In this document: in pieces, positions 19,203 to 28,255 of the stretch | How positions within the stretch are numbered: position 1 is the first letter of the stretch | How the letters are laid out: each line of letters opens with the position of its first letter | Origin: Escherichia phage vB_EcoM_EP32a | Direction: 5' to 3' (one strand) | Sequence record: OR544954 | DNA length: 64,000 nt | Position numbers and translations under genes: made by a program | Notes under the pieces: model-generated | What the model saw: the letters and a program-made list of their open reading frames with translations, nothing else | Databases searched by the model: none | What the model was told of the DNA's origin: nothing

Positions 19203-19565
19203 ATGAAAGCATATCAAATTCTTGAAGGTGCACATAAAGGCACTATTTATTTTGAAGACGGTACTCAAGCCAGGATTATTGTCTCTAAGACTTTTAAAGA
19301 AGACGCTATTGTAGACCCGGAAATTTTCTACGGTTTGAATGCCCGTGAAATTGAAATTGAACATCAACCTAAAGTTAAAATTGAAGGTGGACAACATCTG
19401 AACGTTAACGTTCTGCGTCGTGAAACTCTAGAAGATGCAGTTAAGCATCCAGAAAAATATCCGCAGCTGACCATCCGTGTATCTGGTTATGCAGTTCGCT
19501 TTAACTCTCTGACTCCGGAACAGCAGCGTGACGTTATCGCTCGCACCTTTACTGAGAGTCTATAA
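19203..19565 (+). CDS. autonomous glycyl radical cofactor (GrcA/YfiD-like)
   Basis: C-terminal ...[59 protein letters not shown] carries the RVSGY glycyl-radical motif and matches, as I recall it, E. coli GrcA. Confidence 0.8.
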   Translation: MKAYQILEGAHKGTIYFEDGTQARIIVSKTFKEDAIVDPEIFYGLNAREIEIEHQPKVKIEGGQHLNVNVLRRETLEDAVKHPEKYPQLTIRVSGYAVRFNSLTPEQQRDVIARTFTESL

Positions 19566-19789
19566 TGGCTAAATTGATTATAGAAGGGTCTGAAGATGTT
19601 TTAAAATGTTTTGCCGCCTGGTTTAGTTGCTCAGGCGAGCAATCATTCACTGAAGCATTTAGAATGGGTGATATTACTGGAAACTATCCGACAACTGATA
19701 TCACTGTACGTGGATATGGTATTAATGAGCCTATCCAATTGGTCGAATATGACCTTGCCACCGATGAGGAAATTCCTTATGTCGATTGA
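19565..19789 (+). CDS. hypothetical protein
   Basis: 74-aa ORF, ATGG-coupled to the GrcA-like gene. Confidence 0.4.
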   Translation: MAKLIIEGSEDVLKCFAAWFSCSGEQSFTEAFRMGDITGNYPTTDITVRGYGINEPIQLVEYDLATDEEIPYVD

Positions 19790-19912
19790 AGACATCAAAG
19801 GCTACAAGCCGCATACCGATGATAAAATCAGTAAAGTGAACGCTATTAAAGATGCAGAAGTTCGTGTCGTGCAGTATTTCGACCTGAGGAAAAATACTAA
19901 TGGCTAGAGTAG

Positions 19913-19962
19913 TTTACTTCTCCTCTAGTTGTGTTACTATAGACCTGTCAACTAGAGGAGAA
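19913..19962 (+). promoter_or_regulatory. early promoter cassette with 12-bp inverted repeat
   Basis: GTTTACttctcctctagttgtgTTACTATagacctgtcaactagaggag; near-identical copy at 60757-60806. Confidence 0.5.
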
Positions 19963-19968
19963 ATCAAA

Positions 19969-20427
19969 ATGACTATCAATTCAGACGTTTTTATCCGTCG
20001 TAATAAACTCCGTCGAATCTTTGAAACGGAGTTCCGCAAAATAAATGCCGGTATAAAAGATGCTGCAAAGTCTCTTGGACTACCAGGCTTTCATATCAAG
20101 TATTCTCAACATCTCTTAGATCGTGCCATCCAGAGAGAAATAGATGAGAATTACGTTTTTGAATTATTTCATAAAGTAAAAAATCACGTTAAAGAAGTTG
20201 CAGAATTTTTATCAATGCCGGCACGTCCAGATGTTGATGAAGATTTTGTCGAAGGTGTCGAGTATCGTCCAGGCCGTTTAGAAATAACTGACGGAAATCT
20301 TTGGTTAGGACTTACAGTTTGTCGCGAAAATCCGACATTCAAAATGAAGACTCTTCAATGTAGAATGGCTATTATTAACAGTAAACGACTACCAGGAAAA
20401 GCTTCTAAAGCAGTGATTAAAATCTAG
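19969..20427 (+). CDS. regB: endoribonuclease RegB
   Basis: MTINSDVFIRRNKLRR...KYSQHLLDRAIQREIDE...GRLEITDGNLWLG...LQCRMAIINSKRLPGKASKAVIK; 152 aa (T4 RegB 153 aa). Confidence 0.8.
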   Translation: MTINSDVFIRRNKLRRIFETEFRKINAGIKDAAKSLGLPGFHIKYSQHLLDRAIQREIDENYVFELFHKVKNHVKEVAEFLSMPARPDVDEDFVEGVEYRPGRLEITDGNLWLGLTVCRENPTFKMKTLQCRMAIINSKRLPGKASKAVIKI

Positions 20428-20435
20428 AGGTAAAC

Positions 20436-20978
20436 ATGAGAAAAGCACTACTCGCTGGTCTATTTGCTCTTTCATTATCAGCACATAGCTCCGAGCATAC
20501 TTTTAGTAATGTCCAACTCGATAACTTGAATTATGCTTATCAGTTTGGGGAACAGTTTTCTAAGGACGGAAAATTTAAAACGCATGAAAATATGCATAAG
20601 AAAGGACTTGGATACATAATGGCCGCAATACTATGGCAAGAATCATCTGCCGGTATTAATCTTAAAGATAAGAAAGGTCACCATGCGTATGGAATGTTCC
20701 AAAATTATCTACCAACAATGAGGGCAAGAATTAACCAGCTTGGTTATAATATGACTGATGCCCAAATTAAGAAAATGCTATCTAAGCGGTCTAATTCAGC
20801 CAGATGGGCTTATATCGAATTTTCTTATTGGTTAAATATACATAACGGGGATATAAGAAAAGCTATATCCTCATATAATGCGGGATGGAAGACAAGTGCT
20901 GGAAGTAAATATGCTTCTGAAGTCCTAGAAAAGGCTAATTACCTTAAATCAAATAAACTACTGGAAATAAAAGAATGA
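20436..20978 (+). CDS. secreted lytic transglycosylase-like protein (vs.1-like)
   Basis: Signal peptide MRKALLAGLFALSLSAHS; SLT-domain motifs ILWQESSAG, AYGMFQ, YNAG. Confidence 0.7.
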   Translation: MRKALLAGLFALSLSAHSSEHTFSNVQLDNLNYAYQFGEQFSKDGKFKTHENMHKKGLGYIMAAILWQESSAGINLKDKKGHHAYGMFQNYLPTMRARINQLGYNMTDAQIKKMLSKRSNSARWAYIEFSYWLNIHNGDIRKAISSYNAGWKTSAGSKYASEVLEKANYLKSNKLLEIKE

Positions 20979-21322
20979 CCAAAATGTTGGCTTTAATAGT
21001 TAGCTTGGTTTCATTTAACGCTCTTGCTAATACTACATATACTGATGTAACGGAGTATACAAACAGAACGGCGTCTGATTATTGTGGTAAAAGTCAAGAG
21101 TGTAAAGTAGATTTTTCACAAAAATTGTTATACGCGTATAAAGACGGAGAAAAAGATGGGGCGTCTAGTAGGTTCAAGGCGTCTACCTTAATTAAAAGAT
21201 ACTATAAAAAATGGCAAATATTAGAATGCTCGGTGGCGGAACCTAAAGATAAGGCAGCATGCAATTCTATGGTGGACCGTCTAGTTGACTCTTATAATAG
21301 AGGACTTGCAGCAAGTGATTAA
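20975..21322 (+). CDS. small secreted protein
   Basis: Signal peptide MTKMLALIVSLVSFNALA; four Cys in mature part. Confidence 0.5.
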   Translation: MTKMLALIVSLVSFNALANTTYTDVTEYTNRTASDYCGKSQECKVDFSQKLLYAYKDGEKDGASSRFKASTLIKRYYKKWQILECSVAEPKDKAACNSMVDRLVDSYNRGLAASD

Positions 21323-21782
21323 AAACTACATCAAGGGCGATATTGTCGCCCTGTTTTCTAAAGGTAATAATATTGCTCATGGGTGTAATTGTTTTCATAC
21401 AATGGGCGCCGGTGTAGCAGGCCAATTAGCAAAGGCTTATCCAAAAATTTTAGAAGCCGATAAACTTCAAACCGAATTCGGAGACGAGTCTAAACTCGGG
21501 TCTTATTCGGTTTATGAAAAATATTTTAAGACCCATAAAGCTTATTGCTTTAATCTTTATACGCAGTTTGAGCCTGGACCTAATTTTGAGTACTCTGCTT
21601 TAATGAATTGTATAATAGAATTAAATGAATTCGGAAAGAATAAGATAACAAAGCCTGTAATTTATATGCCAAGAATTGGTGCAGGTATCGGTGGTGGAAA
21701 CTGGGATGTCATCGAAGAGATTTTAGATACGTATTCCACTAAACTAGAAATTGTGATTGTTGATTGGGAACCATTATTATGA
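21315..21782 (+). CDS. macro domain protein (ADP-ribose binding / processing)
   Basis: GDIVALFSKGNNIAHGCNC...GAGVAGQL and PRIGAGIGGGNWDVI fit macrodomain signatures; start inferred at GTG 21315 after GAGGA (the ORF has no ATG before the domain). Confidence 0.6.
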   Translation: MIKNYIKGDIVALFSKGNNIAHGCNCFHTMGAGVAGQLAKAYPKILEADKLQTEFGDESKLGSYSVYEKYFKTHKAYCFNLYTQFEPGPNFEYSALMNCIIELNEFGKNKITKPVIYMPRIGAGIGGGNWDVIEEILDTYSTKLEIVIVDWEPLL

Positions 21783-21991
21783 ATATACATTATCCACATC
21801 CATATGACCCAAAGAATAAGGCAGTAATTATTCGTCAATGGGAACGCATTTGCCGTACCAAATGTCCAATTAATAGTCTACATGATGTAGATAAAGACTA
21901 CATTGGAACATTCGTTGAATATACCTTTATTGATAAGAAAGGTCGTAAACAGCATGTAGAAGAATACTGCTTAAAGGTGACATGGTTATGA
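21779..21991 (+). CDS. hypothetical protein
   Basis: 70-aa ORF. Confidence 0.4.
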   Translation: MNIHYPHPYDPKNKAVIIRQWERICRTKCPINSLHDVDKDYIGTFVEYTFIDKKGRKQHVEEYCLKVTWL

Positions 21992-22194
21992 GTCAAACAA
22001 AAATTCTTACAGGTGCTAAATGCGAAAAATGCGAATGGCCTGTAGTTTTTGCTTTATGCAATGACGAAATGGCTTGTGATTTTGATTATTGGTGTTACTG
22101 TTCGAACAAAGGTTGTAGCAATCATAAAGGTGAAGGGTTTTACTCAGGATTTTACCCTTACCCGGATTTCGTTAAAGAAGGTGAACCTAAATGA
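21988..22194 (+). CDS. Cys-rich small protein (putative zinc-binding)
   Basis: CEKCEW...CNDEMACD...WCYCSNKGC. Confidence 0.45.
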   Translation: MSQTKILTGAKCEKCEWPVVFALCNDEMACDFDYWCYCSNKGCSNHKGEGFYSGFYPYPDFVKEGEPK

Positions 22195-22373
22195 AATTGA
22201 CTAAAGAAGAGAAAACTAAACTGTTCGAACTTATCCATGACCTATTGGACGAGCAAGCAGCCACCAATGCGTACGATGAATATGCTCCTTTAACAGATGA
22301 AGAATATCAAGCATTGATGGAATCATTTGACAGGAAAGAACAAGAACTCATTGACTACGTGAATTCACTATAA
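22191..22373 (+). CDS. hypothetical protein
   Basis: 60-aa acidic ORF, ATGA-coupled. Confidence 0.4.
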   Translation: MKLTKEEKTKLFELIHDLLDEQAATNAYDEYAPLTDEEYQALMESFDRKEQELIDYVNSL

Positions 22374-22382
22374 GGGACTCTT

Positions 22383-22964
22383 ATGGCTAGTTTAATTTTT
22401 ACATATGCCGCTATGAATGCTGGTAAGTCTGCTTCATTACTTACTGCCGCACATAACTATAAAGAACGTGGCATGGGTGTATTAGTTCTTAAACCGGCTA
22501 TTGATACTCGCGATTCAAAAGGTGAAATAGTCTCTCGTATTGGTATTCGTCAGGATGCCAATATAATTACAAAAGACATGGATATCTTTGAATTCTATAA
22601 ATGGGCTGCAGCACAAAAGGATATTCACTGTGTATTTGTTGACGAAGCTCAGTTCTTAACTACTGAAAAGGTGTATCAACTTAGTCGTATTGTTGACGTA
22701 TACAATGTGCCGGTAATGGCATATGGACTACGAACAGATTTTAAAGGTAATCTATTTGAAGGTTCTCAAGCATTAATGGCTATTGCCGATAAGCTTGTTG
22801 AACTTAAAGGTGTCTGTCATTGTGGTAAAAAGGCCACAATGGTAGCTAGAGTCACGGAAGACGGACTTCCAATTACAGATGGCAGCCAAATTGAAATTGG
22901 TGATACCGATAGATATGTGTCATTATGCCGGAAGCATTGGAATGATTTGACAGGGTTGTTATAA
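22383..22964 (+). CDS. tk: thymidine kinase
   Basis: P-loop MNAGKSASLL; zinc ribbon CHCGKKAT...CRKHW; 193 aa as in T4 Tk. Confidence 0.9.
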   Translation: MASLIFTYAAMNAGKSASLLTAAHNYKERGMGVLVLKPAIDTRDSKGEIVSRIGIRQDANIITKDMDIFEFYKWAAAQKDIHCVFVDEAQFLTTEKVYQLSRIVDVYNVPVMAYGLRTDFKGNLFEGSQALMAIADKLVELKGVCHCGKKATMVARVTEDGLPITDGSQIEIGDTDRYVSLCRKHWNDLTGLL

Positions 22965-22967
22965 ATA
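22960..22967 (+). promoter_or_regulatory. late promoter TATAAATA
   Basis: Exact octamer about 25 nt upstream of the ATG at 22992. Confidence 0.5.
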
Positions 22968-22991
22968 CTAATATCTAACCAAGAGGTATAT

Positions 22992-23204
22992 ATGCAGCAA
23001 TTAAACGAAAGACAACTTCGTAATCTTACTGTAACCCAATTGGATGAAATCCGAAGAGAATTAGGACATTCTATTTCTCATTTAAACGAGGATATCCGTC
23101 AAACTGGTTCTAAAGCTGATTATACACGCAAGCGCAAGCTGGAAAAATACCTCGCAGATGTTAAGGCCGTCCAAAGGCGAAAAATAAATACTGGCCAAAA
23201 TTAA
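22992..23204 (+). CDS. hypothetical protein
   Basis: 70-aa ORF after AAGAGG SD. Confidence 0.45.
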   Translation: MQQLNERQLRNLTVTQLDEIRRELGHSISHLNEDIRQTGSKADYTRKRKLEKYLADVKAVQRRKINTGQN

Positions 23205-23216
23205 CAGGAGGCCTAT

Positions 23217-23519
23217 ATGGCCTTAAGAGCGATAGCTGTCATGGCGATGCTGGGGTTTTTTGCAGCAACAACTCCTATCGTTGGTACTGCATATATCGAC
23301 CCATATTTTGATAACTTTATGGAATCAGGGATTAAAAACGTATATACTTTGTTTGAAATTCAAAATGTTGAGAATTCTGAAAAATTCTATAAGTATATGG
23401 CAAAGCATTACAAAAATAGTCCCTGTGATGATGCATTTGAATGTCATGAACAAGGCATAAAAACCGCCAGACAATTTGCTGAGTTCATGAAAATAAAATT
23501 AGAGCCTACATCTATCTAA
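23217..23519 (+). CDS. rI: lysis inhibition regulator RI
   Basis: N-terminal signal-anchor MALRAIAVMAMLGFFAA; DPYFDNFMESGIKNVYTLFE...CDDAFEC recognisable as T4 RI; 100 aa (T4 97 aa); position next to tk. Confidence 0.75.
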   Translation: MALRAIAVMAMLGFFAATTPIVGTAYIDPYFDNFMESGIKNVYTLFEIQNVENSEKFYKYMAKHYKNSPCDDAFECHEQGIKTARQFAEFMKIKLEPTSI

Positions 23520-23525
23520 TTTACT

Positions 23526-23553
23526 AGCCCCTTCCTTATGGTTGGGGCTTTTT
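23526..23553 (+). terminator. rho-independent terminator
   Basis: AGCCCCttccttatggttGGGGCT followed by TTTTT. Confidence 0.65.
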
Positions 23554-23620
23554 GGCATTTAGCAGTTTACTTTTCCTCAGGTTGTGTTATAGTAGTCCTT
23601 ACTTACTAGAGGAGAACATT

Positions 23621-23800
23621 ATGACACGTAAAGAAAAAATTTCTAAGTTAATGTTTTTGATTGAAGAGTACGCTAATGCGGTATCTGATTGGGAAAATGC
23701 TCATGGTTGCGAAGATGGAGACATCGACATTAACAGAGCTATGAAAAAGATGGCTGACGCCCACACCGAATTGCAAATGTATGTTAACGAGATTATGTGA
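23621..23800 (+). CDS. small hypothetical protein
   Basis: ATG after promoter cassette and GAGGAG. Confidence 0.4.
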   Translation: MTRKEKISKLMFLIEEYANAVSDWENAHGCEDGDIDINRAMKKMADAHTELQMYVNEIM

Positions 23801-23807
23801 GGATATT

Positions 23808-24014
23808 ATGCTTTACGATTATACTGGAAAATCTGAAGACGGTGTACTTGAGCTTTTATCTGAAAGCGCTGAAGATGACGATACGGTGGTGATGTTTTGT
23901 AAAAATGGTCCTGGGGATAAGGGATGGATTTATCTTCGCCAAGAAAATGACCTAATTGTTTTGGACCCTAAACAAGTTGAAGAACTTTATCAACATTTAA
24001 AACACAATCGGTAG
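23808..24014 (+). CDS. hypothetical protein
   Basis: 68-aa ORF after GTGAGGA. Confidence 0.4.
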   Translation: MLYDYTGKSEDGVLELLSESAEDDDTVVMFCKNGPGDKGWIYLRQENDLIVLDPKQVEELYQHLKHNR

Positions 24015-24178
24015 TTTACGTCTTGGTAGGACTATGATATAGTAATCCTACCAAAACAAATGGAGAACAAAATGAAACTTTTGCTTATCGCTTATGTTGT
24101 AGTACAATATAATTATCCGATGTTTACTTATAACATGGTAAACGGCATAGTGAATCTTATTGAAACGAGTATGGTAAA

Positions 24179-24358
24179 ATGACCCGTGAACAAGCTAATA
24201 AATTGATGGACCTTATCCATGACTTACGTGAAGCCGATTCAGATTTGAATGATGTAGCTTATCATGCGGTAAATGATAACGGAGACTTTTATGAAAATCA
24301 GGTTGATGCTTGCCAGAATGCTTTGGTGAATTTTGTTGAAACTTTAATTGGTGAATAA
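24179..24358 (+). CDS. small hypothetical protein (59 aa)
   Basis: ATGA-coupled to a 36-codon ORF at 24072-24182; below the track cutoff. Confidence 0.3.
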   Translation: MTREQANKLMDLIHDLREADSDLNDVAYHAVNDNGDFYENQVDACQNALVNFVETLIGE

Positions 24359-24359
24359 T

Positions 24360-24890
24360 ATGAAAACTGTAATTGAAACAACCGAGTTGTTTGGCGATTT
24401 ATGTATCGAAAAACGTGGTTATGCTTACGTTCTGACACAAGAAGATGATGCTGTTACTATTCTTCCTATGGAACTGGACAAGATTTTGAAACTCAATCCG
24501 CCCGGCCATGCATCTGTAATTAACATTGATGAAGACCTTCAAGTTCGTTTTTATCACGGTCTTTATAGTGGGGTTAATATCGAAACAGAAGATGAATGCC
24601 TTTCTATCAATAATTGGAAAACATTCGTCACTAAGGTGAAAGAATTCATAGAATCTGAAACTGCCAAAAAGGCCAAACTTCAATGGGCTAAATGCCGTAA
24701 TGCTTTTATTACAAATCAGGACCGCCCTGACTATACAACAGTCCTAGGCGTTAATCCTTCTTATGAAGACGGTGATGTCGTAGTTATTCGCCAAATTGAT
24801 GACCTTCGTCAACATATCGTTACATTAGACAAAGATGAAGCAGTTGCTCTTAAAGCTTATCTTGATTCTATTATCCCGACTTTGAAATAA
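24360..24890 (+). CDS. hypothetical protein
   Basis: 176-aa ORF, TAATATG coupling. Confidence 0.5.
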   Translation: MKTVIETTELFGDLCIEKRGYAYVLTQEDDAVTILPMELDKILKLNPPGHASVINIDEDLQVRFYHGLYSGVNIETEDECLSINNWKTFVTKVKEFIESETAKKAKLQWAKCRNAFITNQDRPDYTTVLGVNPSYEDGDVVVIRQIDDLRQHIVTLDKDEAVALKAYLDSIIPTLK

Positions 24891-24900
24891 GGAAATTATT

Positions 24901-25374
24901 ATGATTATCAATGAAAACTCTTGGCACTTTAAAATTTATGCCGCGTTCAATAGTACGTGGAATCGTCCGAAAACATTATGTGCTTATTTTTGGAAAACGC
25001 TAATCCCGGTATTGGCTGCTTCAATTATTGGATTTGCGATTTTAGCAGCAGTCACAATCATTGGCCAGGAAATTTTAACTAAATTCTTTGTTTTTAGCAG
25101 TCTATGGACATTAGTTCCAGCCTCAATTGGTGTAGGCATTTTGATTGTAGCAGTCATGGCTTTTATTGCTACCGGGGCGGTAATTGGTCCGTCTTGGTTG
25201 TTAGACAAATATAACGACAGAAAATATTATAAAGAAATTGAGTTCATTGCACAAAACCAAGAACGAATTAAAAATGGACTTGAGCCTATTGAACGTAAGA
25301 AATCATTAATAGGTGAATACCTTAAAGCTCGTAAAGAAAAAGTCTGTCCTACTCTTGAATATAAGGCTAAATGA
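24901..25374 (+). CDS. membrane protein
   Basis: TM segments LIPVLAASIIGFAILAAVTIIG and LVPASIGVGILIVAVMAFIATGAVIG. Confidence 0.5.
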   Translation: MIINENSWHFKIYAAFNSTWNRPKTLCAYFWKTLIPVLAASIIGFAILAAVTIIGQEILTKFFVFSSLWTLVPASIGVGILIVAVMAFIATGAVIGPSWLLDKYNDRKYYKEIEFIAQNQERIKNGLEPIERKKSLIGEYLKARKEKVCPTLEYKAK

Positions 25375-26360
25375 TGAAAACAATTATGAAAGGCTACTTT
25401 GGTAGCCACCTTTATGGAACGTCTACTCCTGAATCTGACGTCGATTTTAAAGAAATTTATGTCCCTCATGCTCGTGATATCTTGACCGGTAACGTTAAAG
25501 AACACATGAGCAAGAACACGAATAACACATCTTCTAAGAACACAAAAGACGACGTGGACCACGAGTTGTATAGTCTCAAATATTTCTTTAAACTAGCTGC
25601 GGATGGTGAAACCGTCGCATTAGATATGCTTCACACTCCACAAAGTCTAGTAGTTAAATCTGATTTGCCTGATGTATGGAAGTATATTCAAGATAACAGG
25701 TCTCGTTTCTATACCACTAACATGAAATCTTATTTAGGGTATGTCCGTAAGCAAGCTTCTAAATATGGTGTCAAGGGTTCTCGACTGGCTGTTCTTCGTC
25801 AAGCCCTTAAACGTTCTAATGAATGGGGACGATACTTTGATAATGGTGCCGTAATTCGTTTATCACATATGAAGAACGTTCTGCCTGTAGGTGAATTTGC
25901 TTTGTGGGTTGAAACCGAAAACGAGAAAACAGGTAAGCAAACATTCTATAATCTGTTAGACCGTAAATTCCAAGACACATTAACCAATAAAGAGTTCAAT
26001 GCCATCCTGGTTAAACTAGAAGAGAACTATGGTGAACGTGCTCGTAAGGCAGAAGCTAACGAAGGTATTGACTGGAAAGCATTGAGTCATGCATGTCGTG
26101 GTGGACTTCAATTATTGGAAATTTACAAAACCGGCGACCTGGTTTACCCACTTCAGGATGCTCCGTTTATTCTCGATGTTAAGCTTGGTAAACATACGTT
26201 TAAAACCGTACAAGAATTCCTAGAAGATATCGTTGACCAAGTTGAACATGCGTCAGAACAAGCTGCCAAGAACGGTATGCAACAAAAAGTAGATATGAGT
26301 TTCTGGGATGATTTCCTTGAGCAAGTCTATCTCGAAAATCATAATTCTTACTATAAATAA
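25371..26360 (+). CDS. nucleotidyltransferase-fold protein (Pol-beta superfamily)
   Basis: N-terminal GSHLYGTSTPESDVDF fits the hG[GS]-x(9-13)-[DE]h[DE] minimal NTase motif; 329 aa. Confidence 0.55.
   Translation: MMKTIMKGYFGSHLYGTSTPESDVDFKEIYVPHARDILTGNVKEHMSKNTNNTSSKNTKDDVDHELYSLKYFFKLAADGETVALDMLHTPQSLVVKSDLPDVWKYIQDNRSRFYTTNMKSYLGYVRKQASKYGVKGSRLAVLRQALKRSNEWGRYFDNGAVIRLSHMKNVLPVGEFALWVETENEKTGKQTFYNLLDRKFQDTLTNKEFNAILVKLEENYGERARKAEANEGIDWKALSHACRGGLQLLEIYKTGDLVYPLQDAPFILDVKLGKHTFKTVQEFLEDIVDQVEHASEQAAKNGMQQKVDMSFWDDFLEQVYLENHNSYYK
26352..26359 (+). promoter_or_regulatory. late promoter TATAAATA
   Basis: Exact octamer 33 nt upstream of the ATG at 26392. Confidence 0.5.
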
Positions 26361-26391
26361 GTAGATAAATAACCCTTAACTTGAGGTAAAT

Positions 26392-26673
26392 ATGAAAAAA
26401 TTAGCAATTGGTTTATTCGCAGTAATGATGGCATTCTCTGTTGGTGCTACCACGGGTGCAGCCAGCGGTAGTGCAGGAGCTGGTGGTAACCAGTCTTCTG
26501 GGCCTTCCAACGGTTCGGTAAATGCATCACATTCTCAGGGTATTGAGAATATCAAATCGAGCTATATTAATAGCACGGCCGGACAAGCAACTGAAGCATG
26601 GTCAAAGGGTCGAGTAGTTACTCGCTCCGTATTCTGTGATATGCCTAATTATGTTGCTAAGTGCGATAAGTAA
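26392..26673 (+). CDS. small secreted Gly/Ser-rich protein
   Basis: Signal peptide MKKLAIGLFAVMMAFSVGA; low-complexity G/S/A/N region. Confidence 0.5.
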   Translation: MKKLAIGLFAVMMAFSVGATTGAASGSAGAGGNQSSGPSNGSVNASHSQGIENIKSSYINSTAGQATEAWSKGRVVTRSVFCDMPNYVAKCDK

Positions 26674-26676
26674 ATG

Positions 26677-26697
26677 TGGGGACCTTCGGGTCCCTTT
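26677..26697 (+). terminator. terminator-like UUCG hairpin
   Basis: GGGGACCttcgGGTCCC followed by TTT. Confidence 0.45.
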
Positions 26698-26791
26698 AGG
26701 GGGTTAAAATATTTTTAAAAAGTAGTGTACATGCTTTTAGGATATGTTATTATAGACCTATCGAAACGAAATGAGTAAATTGGAGAATAAA

Positions 26792-27772
26792 ATGTTCAAC
26801 GTTCAAATCAAAAAAGGTATCTATCGTAATAACGAAATCTCTGGTTCTTATGTTGCCACAAAGACCTGGTTCCCGGCAAAGCTTAATCCTGAATGTTCCC
26901 ACTTAGGTGATGGTAAAATTTTCGTTATGATTGATGGTTCTGAACGTGGAGTATGGGTCTTCAAATCAGACATCGTAATGGAAGGAGTTGAGACGTCGCC
27001 AGTTGCAGTTGTTGAAAGCACTGAAGATATGAAAACTCGTATCAACAAACGCTTTAAAGTAATGAACATGATGACGAATGGCATTATCGATGGCAAAATT
27101 CGTTCACTCATTATTTCAGGTGCAGCTGGTATTGGTAAGACGTATTCTCTGGATAAAGCACTTAATAATGCTAATGATAATGGTTTCATCAAATACAAAA
27201 GCATTAATGGTAAAATCTCCGGTATTGGCCTTTACGAACAACTTTGGCTCAACCGTGATGCAGATAGCGTTCTCTTAATCGACGACGTTGATGTATTCTC
27301 GGATATGGATATCTTAAACCTTCTTAAAGCAGCATTAGATACCGGAGATAAACGCAAAGTTTGTTGGAGCACTGCGTCATCTTATCTCGAGGATAAGGGT
27401 ATTGATAAAGAATTTGAGTTTGAAGGTACTATCGTTTTCATTACAAACGTTGATATCGATAAAGAGTTAGAACGGGGTTCGAAACTTGCTCCACACCTTC
27501 AAGCTTTAGTATCTCGTTCAGTGTATCTCGACCTTGGAGTACACTCTAATGAAGAGATTATGGTTCGAGTTGAAGATGTAATATTATCTACTGACATGAT
27601 GCAGAAACGTGGTCTGACGGATGCAGAAACGTATAAAGCATTGTCCTGGATGAAGGCTAACGTATCTCGTCTTCGCAATGTATCATTACGTACGGCTCTT
27701 TATGTAGCAGATTTTATTTCAACCGATAAAGATGGTTGGGAGGAAATCTCGGAAGTTACTTTACTGAAATAA
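26792..27772 (+). CDS. P-loop ATPase (AAA-like)
   Basis: Walker A GAAGIGKTY, Walker B LLIDDVD; start at the ATG after the aatTGGAG leader. Confidence 0.6.
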   Translation: MFNVQIKKGIYRNNEISGSYVATKTWFPAKLNPECSHLGDGKIFVMIDGSERGVWVFKSDIVMEGVETSPVAVVESTEDMKTRINKRFKVMNMMTNGIIDGKIRSLIISGAAGIGKTYSLDKALNNANDNGFIKYKSINGKISGIGLYEQLWLNRDADSVLLIDDVDVFSDMDILNLLKAALDTGDKRKVCWSTASSYLEDKGIDKEFEFEGTIVFITNVDIDKELERGSKLAPHLQALVSRSVYLDLGVHSNEEIMVRVEDVILSTDMMQKRGLTDAETYKALSWMKANVSRLRNVSLRTALYVADFISTDKDGWEEISEVTLLK

Positions 27773-27909
27773 GCTTATAGGAAGTTCTTAGGTAACAAAA
27801 GCCATAAAGATGAATAATCATATGGCTTACCTCAAAGAAGGACACCAGGAACCTACTGAGGGCATAGAAATATTTAAAATAACGATGTACAAATCAAAGA
27901 GGATATGTT

Positions 27910-28197
27910 ATGGATTTTATGCAAAAAATTAAAGCCGCAGTCGAACTGTATGCTCATCGTATGGTTAGTTCTACGATGCAATATAGTGAGGAGGTTCGCC
28001 ATGACTCTTCCTTGAAAGGAAAAACTAAAGCCTTAATTACCTTAGATCGTTTGCAAAAGAATGCCATAGAGATGCTCCAGTACGACAAGGGTGTATATAA
28101 GAAAGAACAGGAAGAGAAACTTAAATCTGAAAAATTACAAAAAATCCCGAAGTCTGTTTGGTTCAGTGGAAAAAATACCGAAAAAAGTTTCTTTTAG
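27910..28197 (+). CDS. hypothetical protein
   Basis: 95-aa ORF. Confidence 0.4.
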   Translation: MDFMQKIKAAVELYAHRMVSSTMQYSEEVRHDSSLKGKTKALITLDRLQKNAIEMLQYDKGVYKKEQEEKLKSEKLQKIPKSVWFSGKNTEKSFF

Positions 28198-28255
28198 TTG
28201 TTTACAAGGTCTATGGTTATGTTATTATAGACCTATCAACTACTGGAGGTAAAAC

